Shown: in pieces, positions 1 through 11,433 of the stretch
Numbering within the stretch: position 1 is the stretch's first letter
Layout: every line of letters begins with the position of its first letter
Assembly: GCF_963921235.1 (NCBI RefSeq)
Contig: NC_086108.1
Span: 82,088,001 to 82,152,000 of the forward strand
From: Mobula hypostoma
Taxonomy: Eukaryota
Direction: 5' to 3'
DNA length: 64,000 bases
The notes under the pieces: generated by a model
What the model was told of the DNA's origin: nothing
What the model saw: the letters and a program-made list of their open reading frames with translations, nothing else
Database searches by the model: none
Made by a program: the position numbers and the translations under genes

Positions 1-711
1 TAGTCTTGAAACGCTTAAGAGGATAACATAGCCATAGCAGAGGAGGTGTTCAGATTGTGGGACAGTTCCGCCCAGAGCAGGTCCTTCTTCCTTGTGGAAG
101 AGTTAAAGAAACTTTGCAGAAACTTCTTCACTTGGCTGATTAGCTCTTCTTGACCATTTGTCTGTGGATGATAGCCACAGGACAAACTCACTGAGGTGCG
201 GAGGAGGATGCAGAAGGCTTGCCAGAAGCGGGAGATGAATTGTGTGTCCCGGTCTGACACAACATCCTGAGGGAACTACAGGCGAACTACATACTGGAGA
301 ACTAGGTCCACCGTTTCAGTGCCTGGTGGAAGTCTGGGGAGGGCAATGAAGTGGGCTGCCCCAGAGAACTGGTCCACCACTGTCATGATCACTGTGGCCA
401 CATCGGAATGTGGGAAACCTGTGATGAAATCCATGACGATGTGGGACCACAGGCATCTTGGGACTGGAAGGAGCTGCAGGAGCCCATGAGGTGAAGTCGA
501 TTTGCTCAAAGCAGTGGGCACAAGGAGCCTGACGTGGGTTCAGCTGGTGGGTCTGTTGAATAGATGAGGTTCTAGTGATCAGTCCAGGTCAGCAAGGGTT
601 CAGTGTTCCCCATTAGCCAATGTCTCCATTCCTCCAAGGCCCACTTAATGGTGAGTATCTCCCTGTCTCCTACTCTATAATGGTGCTGTGTAGAATTGAA
701 CCAGTGCAGGG

Positions 712-3295
712 GTCAGAAAGTGTTAAATCGTTGTGAGTAGAGCTAAGGAACTACAAACATAAAAAGACCCTGATTGGAGTTATATACAGTCCCCAAACAG
801 TAGTAAAGATGTGGTCTACAAATTACAATGGGAGGTAGCAAATGAATGCCAAAAGGGCAATGTTATGACAGTCATGGGGGATTTCAATATGCAGGTAGAT
901 TGGGAAAATCAGGTTGATGCTGGTTCCAAGAGGGGGAATTTCTAGAATGCCTATGAGATTACTTTTTAGAGAAGCTCAAGGTTGAGCCCACTAGGGGATC
1001 AACTATTCTGGACTGGGTGATGTGCAATGAGCCTAAATTGATTAGCGAGCTTAAGGTAAAGGAACCCTTAGGAGTAAGCGATCATAATATGATACAATTC
1101 ATCCTGCAGTTTGAGGAGAACCTAACATCAGATGCATCAGTGTTACAGTGGAGTAAAGGGAATTACAGAGGCATGAGAGAAGAGCTGACCGAAATTGATT
1201 GGAAAAGAACAGTGGCAGGGATGACAGCAGAGCAGCAATAGCTGAAATTTTTGGAAGCAATTTGGAAGGTGCAGGAATTATACATGCCAAAGAGAAAGTA
1301 GTATTCTAAAGGCAAGATGACACAATCGTGGCTAACAAGAGAAGTTGAAGCCAACATAGAAGCCGACAAGAAGGCATATAGTAGAGCAAAAATTAGTGGG
1401 AAGTTCAAGGTCTGGAAAGTTTTGAAAAACCCAACAAAAGACAACTAAAAAAGTAATTAAGAAGAAAAAGATGAAATATGAAGGTAAGCTAGCCAATAAT
1501 ATTAAAGAGGAAACCTAAAGTTTCTTCTGATACATGAAGTGTAAGAGAGATGTGAGAGTAGATATCGGACCACAGGAAAATGATGCTGGCGTGGCAGTAA
1601 TGGGGGACAATGAAATGCCAGATGAGCTGAATAAGTATTTTGCATCAGTCTTCATTATGGAAGACATTAGTAGTATGCTGGAAGTATGAGTGTGTCAGCG
1701 CGTAGAAGTGTGTGAAGTTACCATTACTAGGGAGAAGGTTCTTGGGAAACTGAAAGGTCTGAAGGTAGCTAAGTCACCTGGACCAGATGGTGTACACCCC
1801 AGGGTTCTGAAAGAGGTGGCTGAAGAGATTGTGGAGGCATTAGTAATTCTTTCAAGAATCAAATGATTCTGGCAAAATTCCAGAGGAATGGAAGAGTGCA
1901 AATGTTACTCCACTCTTCAAGAAGCAAGAGAGGCCAAAGAAAGGAAATTATAGGGTAGTTATTCAGAGCTCAGTTGTTGGGAAGATATTGGAGTCAATTG
2001 TTAAGGATGTGATTTTGGGGTATTTGGAGGCACGTGATAAAACAGACCATTGTCAGTATGGTTTCCTTAAGTGAAAATCTTGCCAAACAAATCATTTGGA
2101 ATTCTTTGAAAAAATAACAAGCAGGATAGACAAAGGAGAATACGTACTCGGTTTTTCAGAAGGTGCCACCCATAAGGCTGCTGAACAAGCTAAGAGCCCA
2201 TGGCATTACAGGGAAGATACTGGCATGGATAAAGCAGTGGCTGATTGGCAGAAGGCAAAGCGTGGGAATAAAGGGAGCCTTTTCTGGTTGGCTGCCAGTG
2301 ACTAGTGGTGTTCCTCGGGGGCTGCTTCTTCTTCATTATATGTCAATGATTTGGATGATGGAAGAGTTTGCTTTGGGGAAAAGTATGTAGATGATATGAA
2401 GATAGGTGGAGGGGCAAGCTCTTTTGAGGACATAGAAAGGCTACAGAAGGATTTAGACAGATTAGGAGAATGGACAATGATACTGGCAGATGGAATACAG
2501 TACCAGGAAACGTTTGGTCATGCACTTTGGTAAAAGGAATGAAATGGTTGACTATTTTCTAGATGGAGAGAAAATACAAAAAATCGCAGAGCAAAGGGAT
2601 TTGGGAGTCCTCATGTAGGATTCCCCAAAGGTTAATTCGCAAGTTGAGTCATTGGTAAATATGATGTTAGCGTTTATTTCAAGAGGACTAGAATATAAAA
2701 GCAGGGATGCAATGCAGAGGCTTTTTAAAAGCACTGGGGAGTCCTCAGTTGGAGTATTGTGAGCAGTTTTGAGCCCCTTATCTAAGAAAGGATATGCTGA
2801 CATTGGAGAGGGTTCAAAGGAGATTCACAAAAATAATCCTGGGATTGAAAGGCTTGTCATATAAGAAGCGTTTGATGAATCTGGGCCTGTCCTCATTGGA
2901 TTTCAGAAGAATGAGGGGTGACCTCGTTGAAACCTATCAAATAGTGAAAGATCTTGATGGAATGGATGCAGAGAGGATGTTTCCTGTGCTGAGAGAGTCT
3001 AAGACCAGAGGACACAGCCTCCGAATAGAGGGGTGTCCTTTTAGAATGGAGATGAGGAGGAATTTCTTCAGCCAGAGTGTGATGAATCTATGGAATCTGT
3101 TGCCATAGGCGGCTGCGGACGTCAAGTCTGTATGTATATTTAAGGCAGAGGCTGACAGATTCTTGATTAGTCAGGGCATGAAGGATCTGGGGAGCAGGCA
3201 GGAAATTGGGGCGGAGAGGGAAAATGGATCAGCCATGATGAAATGGTGGAGCAGACCCAATGGGCCAAACGGCCTAATGTATTGTATTGTCTTAA
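712..3295 (+). mobile_element. CR1 LINE, 5'-truncated and decayed (endonuclease + RT), inserted in the Gypsy RNase H region
   Basis: APE motifs (MGDFN, EPLGVSDHNMI), RT-region motifs (KSPGPDG, SGVP) and a CR1 C-terminus (TRGHSLRIEG...RRNFFSQSVMNLWNLLP). Many stops. Confidence 0.9.
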
Positions 3296-3524
3296 GAAGG
3301 CAGAACAAGGGTGTTCCTTCCTGTCTGGTCTTCACTGGAAGAGGATGGCCCCAGTTTCCATATCAAATGTGACCACCTCCACCAGAGGTGATCAGATGGC
3401 AGAGAATGGGAGCAGTGGTGAAACACCTTCTGAGCTCCTTGAGAACGCGGTCCGAGGCAGCAGACTAGGTTGTATGTGAAGTAGGTGATTTGGTCAGGGA
3501 GGTGAAAATAGCAGCGATTTGGCA

Positions 3525-3642
3525 GTAGTTAGAAACAGAAATCTACAGCAGATTACAGGCTCTTCGGCCCACAATGTTGTGCTGACCATGTAACCTGCTC
3601 TAGAAACTGCCGAGAATTTCCCTACCACAAAGCCCTCTATTT
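3525..3642 (-). mobile_element. Short CR1 3'-end fragment
   Basis: AGAAAC tail plus ACAGGCTCTTCGGCCCACAATGTTGTGCTGACC, shared with CR1 3' ends at 42580 and 60125. Confidence 0.6.
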
Positions 3643-3996
3643 GAAACCTAATGAAACGGCAGTAGAAGTTGGAGAAGCCCAAGGAGCTGTATAGCTGTTT
3701 GAGGGAACACGCTGGTGGCCATTCAACGATGGAACACACTTTCTCTCAGTCCATGGTTATGACTGGGGTGAAAGGACATGGAAGGAAATGACTGGAGTGT
3801 GGAACTGGCATTTCTCTAACTTGCAATACACTTGGTTTTTGAGGACACACTGAAGGACTGAATGGATATGACAGATGTGGTCTTGGAGGTCCTTGTCAAA
3901 GATTAGGGCGTGTAGCATGTCTTGGAGGATCTTGTAAATGAAGGCTTGGAAAATGGCTGGACTATTGAAAAGTCCAAAAAGCATCACCCAATATAT

Positions 3997-4290
3997 GTAG
4001 TGGCCAAGTGGTTAAGGCATTGGACTAGCGACCTGAAGGTTGTGAGTACGAGCTCCAGCCGAGGGAACGTGTTGTGTCCTTGAGCAAGGCACTTAATCAC
4101 ACATTGCTCTGCAACAACACTGGTGCCAAGCTGTATGGGTCCTAATGCCCTTCCCTTGGACAACATTGGTGTCGTGGAGAGGGGAGACTTGCAGCATGGG
4201 CAACTGCTGGTCTTCCATACAACCTTGCCCAGGCCTGCGCCCTGGAGAGTGAAGACTTTCCAGGCGCAGATCCATGGTCTCACAAGACTG
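3997..4290 (+). mobile_element. tRNA-derived CORE-like SINE (family A), inserted in the Gypsy RT
   Basis: A-box TGGCCAAGTGG, degenerate B-box and CORE-like TGTGTCCTTGAGCAAGGCACTTAA. Near-identical copies at 23337-23636 (-) and 58552-58840 (+). It splits the RT motif KMAFITPS / VMLFGL. Confidence 0.85.
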
Positions 4291-5028
4291 GGTGTTATGA
4301 ACGCCATCTTGCACTCATCCCCTGGCAGATGCAGATCAGGTTGTACACTCCATAGATCCAGTTTGGTGACGACCTGGGCCCCACAGACTGTTCAAATGAT
4401 CTATTCATCATAGGAGAGGGTAGCGGTTCTTAACGGTGATTTTATTGAGTCCATGGTAGACATGCAGGGTCTGAGTGCCCCATTTTTATTTTTGACGAGA
4501 AAGATTCCTGCACCGGCTGTGGACTGGGATGGTCGAACAAAGCCGTATTGCAGTGCTTCTGCAAAGGAGTTATCCATGGCTTCGAGAGGGAGTACAGACA
4601 ACCTCAGGGAGAAGTGGTGCCCGGAAGGAGGTCGATCGTGCAGTTGTGTGGTCTGTGAAGTGGCAGGTGCTGCCTTCCATCTCACCGAAAGCAGTGGCTC
4701 AACTGTGGTATTCCTGCAGGAGCTTGGTGAGGTCCAGGGCTTCCTCCATCTCAATGGATTTATGCTGTGAAGTCAACTGAGGCTGCAGGCAGGTGGGTCC
4801 CCAACAGTGCAGACGATCAGGCGAAGTGAGGGTCGGGGGTGGAGAGCCAGGCATAACCATACATGAGAGGAATGAATGAACTCGCAGTGCTCTCCAATGC
4901 TCATGTGCACAGCCTACGTGCGCACTCTGACCATCCCAGACCCCACAGGACATCTGTCATCTGCTGTAATGTAGAAGGGGTGAGGGATAGGTTCAGATGG
5001 GCGTCCAAACTGCACACACTGAATCTGA

Positions 5029-5125
5029 GCAACACACACAGACTGCTGGAGAAACTGGAGCAACTCCAGCATTTTGTGAATGTTGCTTGGATTTCCAGCA
5101 TCTGCAGATTTTCGCTTGTTTGTGA
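5029..5125. mobile_element. Penelope terminal-repeat-derived short hairpin element in the Gypsy protease
   Basis: CAACACACACAGACTGCTGGAG...CTCCAGCATTTTGTGAATGTTG inverted arms plus the tail GATTTCCAGCATCTGCAGATTTTC shared with the 7351 and 11304 copies. Confidence 0.7.
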
Positions 5126-6179
5126 TTGGATACACAGAGTCTGGTCCAGAAAGTTGCCTGCTGCAGCAGAATCCATCAGAACCTCCTATGTGGGCGTACA
5201 GCTGTCACGGCGTAGAGGAGGACAGAGAGAATGAGGTGGGCTATAATGCTGGAACAAGAGGCTGGAGGAGCCTATCAGATTGACAGCCCCTCATCTCCAC
5301 CTGGTGGTGCCATTTTCTCAGATACAGTGGGCATTTGATGCGTGGGTGATCGGCTGCTCCGCAGTAAGCGCACAAGCTGTTTTTCCATTGACTCTCACGG
5401 TATTAGGAGGTTAAGGAATCTCTCCCTAACTGCATAGGTCCTGGAGGCAGCGCTGATGAGGGTCCTGCAGTCTGAAATGGGGTTCTGGCTGGTGATCTGG
5501 GGGGTCGTTCCATAAGACACTTGTATCATGGACGGCCAGAGTGGTGAGCCATTCAAGGTTATTGGGCATCTCCCAGGTAGGCTGCTCAACTTTCAAATGC
5601 TCCAAGAGGCCATGATGGTAAAGGGCCAGCAGTGCTTCTGCATTTGAGCTACACTCTGCGTCAAGGCTCTTGAGTTCCACGGTGTAACCCAGCACCGATC
5701 ATGAGCTTTGAGACAGGCGAAGTATCCAATCCACTACCTCTCTTCCACTTCCCAGACGGTCATGAACCCAATGCATCTCGGTGGAGAAATCCGCATACTT
5801 ATTGCGGGTGGTGGTTTTATGGTCCCATTTAGTGGCAGCCCAGGTCAGAGAAAACCCAGTCAAGAGAGACATGACGAATGCAGCCTTGGCTCAGTTTGTG
5901 GAATACAGAGAAGGCTGCAGCTCGAAGTGCAAGATGCACAGGGACAGAAAGTTGTGGCATCGGTTTAAGGATCTGTTGAAGTCTTCAGGCACTAGAACCC
6001 GGGGATCTGAGGGAGGAGGTTAACTTGCGTGGGTTGCTGTAATGAGATGGAGGGTTGGTTGAGAGTGGCGAGCAGATGGTGAATGGTTTCCTGCTGCTTC
6101 TGGATCATGTACTTTTGTTGGCAGATGACCTTCTTCAGGTGAGGAAACTCTGCAGGATCAATTGCTGGCTCACCCATCA

Positions 6180-6756
6180 TATCAGGAAATGTACAGGAAG
6201 CTTGACCCAAACACAAAGCTGTGACAATGATTTAGCAGTGAAAGATCACGTTAATAATAATCTGCAAAATAACAAGCTATAAGGGGCCACAAAACAAGAG
6301 AGAGAATGGGAGAGAGAACAGATACTTAACATGACAAGGCAACCAGGAAACTGAAGGCTAGGAGCAACTGGTTGAGGCTGGCTGGTTCAGTGTGTGAACA
6401 GGGACTGTGGATGAGAGCAGGGTTTAAATAGGCTGCAGGTGATGAATTGGAAATGAGTGGCAGGTGATTCCTGTTAGATGGGTGGAGACTAAGGTTCAGC
6501 AAAGCTAACCTGTGCTGATGCCTGAGTGGTAGTAATTTCAGGCAGCTCCTAGTCTCGGATGTTTGACCTTCATTGCTGCCTTGACCCTGATTTCCCCCGC
6601 CAGTGCCACATGTTGCTACGGCAGGACTGAGGAGAGGAAGATGCAAAGCACTGGAGCCTCATCTCTCTCGGATGAAGGAGATGGGCAGGAGCTATGCAGT
6701 TTGCTGCTGAGATGCCAGGATAAGAAGGTGGGCATTCTGTCAGTAGCTTGTTAACA
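6180..6756 (-). repeat. Probable 5' LTR of the Gypsy element (boundaries approximate)
   Basis: Lies directly upstream of gag and has a minus-strand CACCTG...TATTTAAA promoter-like block (~6420-6470). A possible TGTTAACA start is at 6756. The partner LTR is outside the window, so the ends cannot be confirmed. Confidence 0.45.
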
Positions 6757-7350
6757 GTAAAGTGCTCCCAATTACAATATCTTTCTCAGCAAGAGTTTAT
6801 AGCTCTCCACAACGTACAGGACCTTCTCCGACTTGTGGGAAGCTCAGTTGGGTGGCCTGCTGTAACAGGCATGGCAACCTAATTTATCCAAGAATATGAA
6901 AAAGTAAATTATGGTAAGTTGTTGGAATGAGAATTAGTTGGAGGATATTAGATTGCATTTAGCTTGCCATGAGACGGAGAGCTCTTCCCTTTCCGACACC
7001 ATCCAGCTGAGAAGAAATAGGTGTGTAAATGTTTCTGTGAAAGTGTAAGTCATACTCAATTATAATACTTAGCATCAACATCATGTTTTGTAATATTTTT
7101 AAAGAGCGCTGCATGTAACTGTTAAAAAATTTGAATTAAAAAAAGAACAAAGCAGAGATTTCCTACAGTTATTTTTGTCCTTCTGACAGTAATACACAGA
7201 TGGCCCAACCAACGCTGTTTGCACTTGAACTTCAGTCTTTATAGGACAGTTTATACTAAACGTTCGTTTGTTTTAGGAATAAAATAACAAATCAAGTTCC
7301 TGTCATTGCTTTATAGCTGTCACTGCAGAAAGAGAAAATGTAAATGCTGG

Positions 7351-7589
7351 CAACACACACAAAATGCTGGAGGAACTTAGCAGGCCAGGTGGCATATTTG
7401 GAAAAGAGTACAGCCGATGTTTCGGGCCAAGATCCTTCAGCAGGATTGTACTTTCTGTCAAAGAGTCTCGGCCCAAAACATTGACTGTTTACTCTTTTCC
7501 ATAGATGCTGCCTGGCCTTTTGAGTTCCTCCAGCTTTTTGTGTGTGTTGCTTGGATTTCCAGCATCTGCAGATTTTCTCTTGTTTGTAA
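7351..7589. mobile_element. Penelope pLTR-derived inverted-repeat (hairpin) element with two degenerate hammerhead motifs
   Basis: Arms of about 90 bp in inverted orientation (7351-7445 vs 7453-7549). Flanked by TAAATGCTGG (7341-7350) and TAAATACTGG (7590-7599). The arms match the 3' end of the Penelope at 34800-34900. Confidence 0.8.
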
Positions 7590-7904
7590 TAAATACTGGT
7601 CTCACTTTAAGGAACTAGCAGCAATCTTTTAAAATATGTCCTCTTAAAAAAGACCAGTGCAAATGAAATAAAAAGTCAGAATGGTGGTAATTTTCATTCT
7701 GTTGAATAAGCTTTGCATGCTAACATTCCATACGCACTTATTTCAATGTATTCATCTTTAAGCTCATTATTTATTGAACTGGTCCTCAATTAAATTTCTC
7801 TCCAAAATTTATTCTCTCTCTTGGTGGAAATGTTCCAGCTGCCTCCTGATGTTCACTCTAAAAATACACCGCTTTTTTTTGAAAGGATTAAATCTTTCTC
7901 ATAC

Positions 7905-8081
7905 CTGTGGATAACACTGACAAATGGCCCAGATAATCCCCCCAATGATCATCACGATCCCAATGGAACAGAAGGTGCCATAGACTCCAGGCTTATCCAC
8001 GTTCATAATGAACATTCCAACCATTATAAGGAAGAATCCCAGGACAATAAGGCTGTAGGAAAAAGTCCTGTCCTCTGCCAT
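7905..8081 (-). CDS. BSND: Barttin (ClC-K chloride channel beta subunit), coding exon 1
   Basis: MAEDRTFSYSLIVLGFFLIMVGMFIMNVDKPGVYGTFCSIGIVMIIGGIIWAICQCYPQ aligns without gaps to human barttin 1-59 (two TM helices, C54/C56). The 177-nt exon ends in a CAG|GTATGA donor. Syntenic with TMEM61 and DHCR24. Confidence 0.95.
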
Positions 8082-8964
8082 TTCCACTGGCCAGTGGGTC
8101 AGTTATCAGAAACAGTTCAGTGAAACATGTAGTTCTTCCCCGCATTCACAAATAGACCGATGTCCATCTGAGGTTAGGAACCAATAGCACGATCTGGCTG
8201 ACGCCAGTATCAACAAGAGGCTGATGCTGATGATTTTGCTGTTAAGTTGGTCAGGTTACAAATTTACATTAAACAACTCATTTCCTCTCAGGTTTGATCC
8301 AGTCAGTTCCAATGAACACAACAAACACAAATACCTCTATAAGTTCACAAACCACTGGAGCTTTATTGCACGTAGCTATAACCTTCCTTCCAGGCTTTTA
8401 TCAAGTAGAGATTTATTCAATAATTCTCCATGTTTCCAAAACTGAAAAATAGTATCATTCAGATGAACAAATTCAATCGTACAAATATGTACGGTTTTTT
8501 ACAGTCCGTTTTATGAATGTTCACTTTGCAGGAGCGAGAGAGGTGTTTGAAAGGAAAACCTGTTTAGTGCCCAGGGTTGCAGGGGTGTAAGTGGTGTGAT
8601 GTTGTTAGTCAGCTATTTCCATTCAAAATATTTAACCTTTTAAACTTCTAATTTGAATGTACTTTACATTCTGTATCACAGCAACCTGAACAAGAAACCA
8701 TGCCTAATGTACTGCTAGGTTTGTATAATTTAATAGATAAGATGTTGAAATATTTGCCCTTATGCAGTAAGATATATGACTTTCTTTTGCTTTTTTTTCC
8801 ATTGCTGATTATTTATAATAACAATAAAGCTGCCTCGTGTTGATCAGACCATCTCATGGTGCTTAAAAGCCTTAATGTGGAACAGAAAGTGACTTTTAAA
8901 TATTTTCCCTATTTAAAACTATCTGGAGAAAAGAGTTTACAGATTCAAGTCCCAGAGAAAGCAA

Positions 8965-9850
8965 AGGATATAGAACAGTGTAGCACAATGCCCTTCGGCC
9001 CATAATGTCTGTGTCTGCCCCGATTCCAATCTAAACTAACCCCATTTGCCTGCACAAAGTCCATATCTCTATTCTTTGTTTGTCAATGTGTCTGTCTAAA
9101 TGCTTCTTAAACATTCTTATCGTATCAGCTTCTGCCACTTCCTCGGTAGTATGTTCAAAGCACCATCCACTCTCTGTATATAATAGAGCTTGCCCTGCAA
9201 AATTTCCTTTACACTGCCCCCACCTTAAACTTTTGCCATTCAATATTTGACATTTCTATCTAGCAAAAAAAAATTGTGACCATCCATTTAACTATGCTTT
9301 ATATAAGTTTATATAAACTGTGACCATTCACTTAACTGCTTTATAGAAGTTTATACCCTATTCAGGTCACCCCCTCAGCCTCCACACTCCAGTGAAAACA
9401 ATTAATTTGTTCAACCTCTCCTTACAGTTAATACCCTCAAATTCAGACAATACCCTCATGAAATATAACCATGTAACAATTACAGCACAGAAACAGGCCA
9501 TCTCGGCCCTTCTAGTCCGTGCCGAATGCTTACTCTCACCTAGTCCCACCAACCTGCACTCAGCCCATAAACCTCCATTCCTTTCCTGTCCATATAGCTA
9601 TCCAAATTTACTTTAAATGACAATATCGAACTTGCCTCAACCACTTCTGCTGGAAGCTCGTTCCACACAGCTACCACTCTCTGAGTAAAGAAGTTCCCCC
9701 TCATGTTACCCCTAAACTTTTGCCCCCTAACTCTCAATTCATGTCCTCTTGTTTGAATCTCCCCTACTCTCAATGGAAAAAGCCTGTCCACGTCAACTCT
9801 ATCTATCCCCCTCATAATTTTAAATACCTCTATCAAGTCCCCCCTCAATA
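8965..9850 (-). mobile_element. Two stacked CR1 3' fragments (8965-9460 and 9463-9850)
   Basis: ORF 9540-9950 reads RGDLIEVFKIMRG...TRGH...FFTQRVVAVWNELP. A second, more decayed CR1 3' end lies to its left. Confidence 0.8.
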
Positions 9851-9907
9851 ATAACTTCAAAAGCAGTTCATTAGCTGTGATGTACTGTAGAATTCCAGCA
9901 TCTAGAT

Positions 9908-9989
9908 CAGGAATTCCCAAACTTTTTGTTATGCCATGGACCAATACCATTAAGCTAAGGGTCCATGGTCACCATGTTGGGAACCCCTA
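9908..9989. mobile_element. Small hAT-Charlie-like MITE
   Basis: Terminal inverted repeats CAGGAATTCCCAA / TTGGGAACCCCT and an internal CCATGGACC / GGTCCATGG inversion. Left flank ATCTAGAT fits the Charlie target consensus; the right TSD is degenerate. Confidence 0.5.
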
Positions 9990-10737
9990 ATTATAAATAC
10001 AAATTCCTACTTACTTAAAGGTCTTTATAATTGTTGTGAAACTGAACTCATTCCATAAGTGTGCTGGTACCATAATAGCTAGTTATCTAATAGGTAAATT
10101 ACAATTTTATTAATAATCAAGAAGTATGAATTCAAATCCCACCATAAGAATTTGAGTCTGCAGTTCAAAAAACATTATTGTAAATGTGACATGAAAATTC
10201 CAATGTAATTTTTAAAAAAGATGATTAATTCACTACAGTATTTTTCTATAGGGAAAGTAAACTACTTCCTTACCCAATCTGTCTTCTGGCAGACTCCAAA
10301 TGGAATGTAAACAGCCCTATGGGGTTTTCTGGCTAGCCAATCAGTTATATCAAGCCATTCATTGATCATCCAGGGATGAGCAATAAATATTAGTCACATC
10401 ATCAAGGACCACATCCTGAGGATAAAGAAAATGCTTTGCTACTTTGCACTGCCAATCTGTCTATTATAATGCACCAACTTTTTAGCTTCTGTTTGATTGG
10501 TTACGTTGCACAAGAATCTGTTTCTGAAGCACCCCTGCCTTATCCATGTATAAACTAAACAACGATCCTTTATTTTTTCTTGTTTTTTTTTCTTTTGAAC
10601 AGTGAACGTAAAAGCATTTAAACCCTTGCATCTAAGTATAATGGTTGTCTGTTGTAAAATTATTGGCTTGCTTACTCTAAGCATCAGGCCTGCAGTTTTA
10701 ATTGAGGAATTACATTTAATTGGTGGGTGCATTAACT

Positions 10738-11035
10738 GAACAGTTAGCACAACACTTTACAGCACACCAGCTGTAAGATCTAGGTATTTATTCCCACTGT
10801 TGTCTGTAAGGAGTTTATAGAGTTTATAGGTTCTCCTCGCAGGCCTTGTGGGTTTTCTCCAGTTGCTCTGGTTTCCAAGGTGTATGGTTAGGGTTGCTGA
10901 GTTGTAGGCACATAATGTTGGTGCTGGAAGCGGGGTGACACTTGCGGGCTGCCCAGAACTGTCCTCACTGGTTTGATTTGATTTGACTCAAACAATGCAT
11001 TCCACTGTGTGTTTTGATGTACATGAGACCAATAA
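10738..11035 (+). mobile_element. V-SINE-like tRNA SINE (family B)
   Basis: GTGGGTTTTCTCCAGTTGCTCTGGTTTCC V-domain-like block. Homologous copy at 57185-57475. Confidence 0.65.
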
Positions 11036-11303
11036 TTTTTTTCAGAAATTTGGAATAGTTAAGGAATATCTCTGCTTCATATATTGAATTCCTTTTGTTT
11101 TAATAGATTATTTTAAAAATTGCCACAAACTGGCCATCATAAGATGATCTCTGCTCAGAAGTAAATTGCCTGGTAGTTGGCAAACACTTGACTTGAGAGT
11201 AGACTGACTGTTTTAGGATTAGCTTAACTCACACACAGTGAGTGGCCTTTTGTATCACTAGTTAGAGGCATAATTGCCCTATTGGAATCAGCCAGGATGA
11301 GTC

Positions 11304-11433
11304 CTGTTGAAGTGTCACGGCCCAAAACATTGACTGTATCCTTTTCCATAGATGTGGCCTGGCCTGCTGAGTTCCTCAGCATTTTGCGTGTGTCGCTTGT
11401 ACTTCCAGCATCTGCAGATTTTCTCTTGTTTAA
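11304..11433 (+). mobile_element. Single Penelope pLTR-derived short element starting at the hammerhead motif
   Basis: (AGTC)CTGTTGAAGTGTCACGGCCCAAAACATTGACT followed by the family tail. GATGAGTC direct repeat at 11296-11303 and 11434-11441. Confidence 0.7.

Larger units (their letters stand above)
1..6180 (-). mobile_element. Decayed Ty3/Gypsy (sushi-like) LTR retrotransposon internal region (gag-PR-RT-RNaseH-IN), interrupted by CR1, SINE and Penelope-derived insertions; runs off the left edge
   Basis: Minus-strand motifs occur in Gypsy order. Gag: GEPAIDPA (~6190), YTVELKSLDAE...ALLALYHHGL (5426-5695) and CCHC knuckle LCAYCGAADHPRIKC (~5330-5375). Protease: DSAAAGNFLD (~5150). RT: PSQSTAGAGIFLVKNKNGALRPC and MLFGLFNSPAIFQ...YCKLEKCQF (3757-4560). 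Integrase: MDFITGFP...VVDQFS and [12 protein letters not shown]...GYHPQTNGQ (15-521). Many stops and frameshifts. Confidence 0.9.

Noticed and set aside
6760-7340. Candidate BSND exon 2 behind minus-strand acceptors (near 7323, 7006, 6878)
   Set aside because: Phase-0 frames hit stops quickly or show no similarity to barttin, and no convincing donor was found.
7821-8123. 100-aa plus-strand ORF
   Set aside because: Antisense shadow of BSND exon 1.
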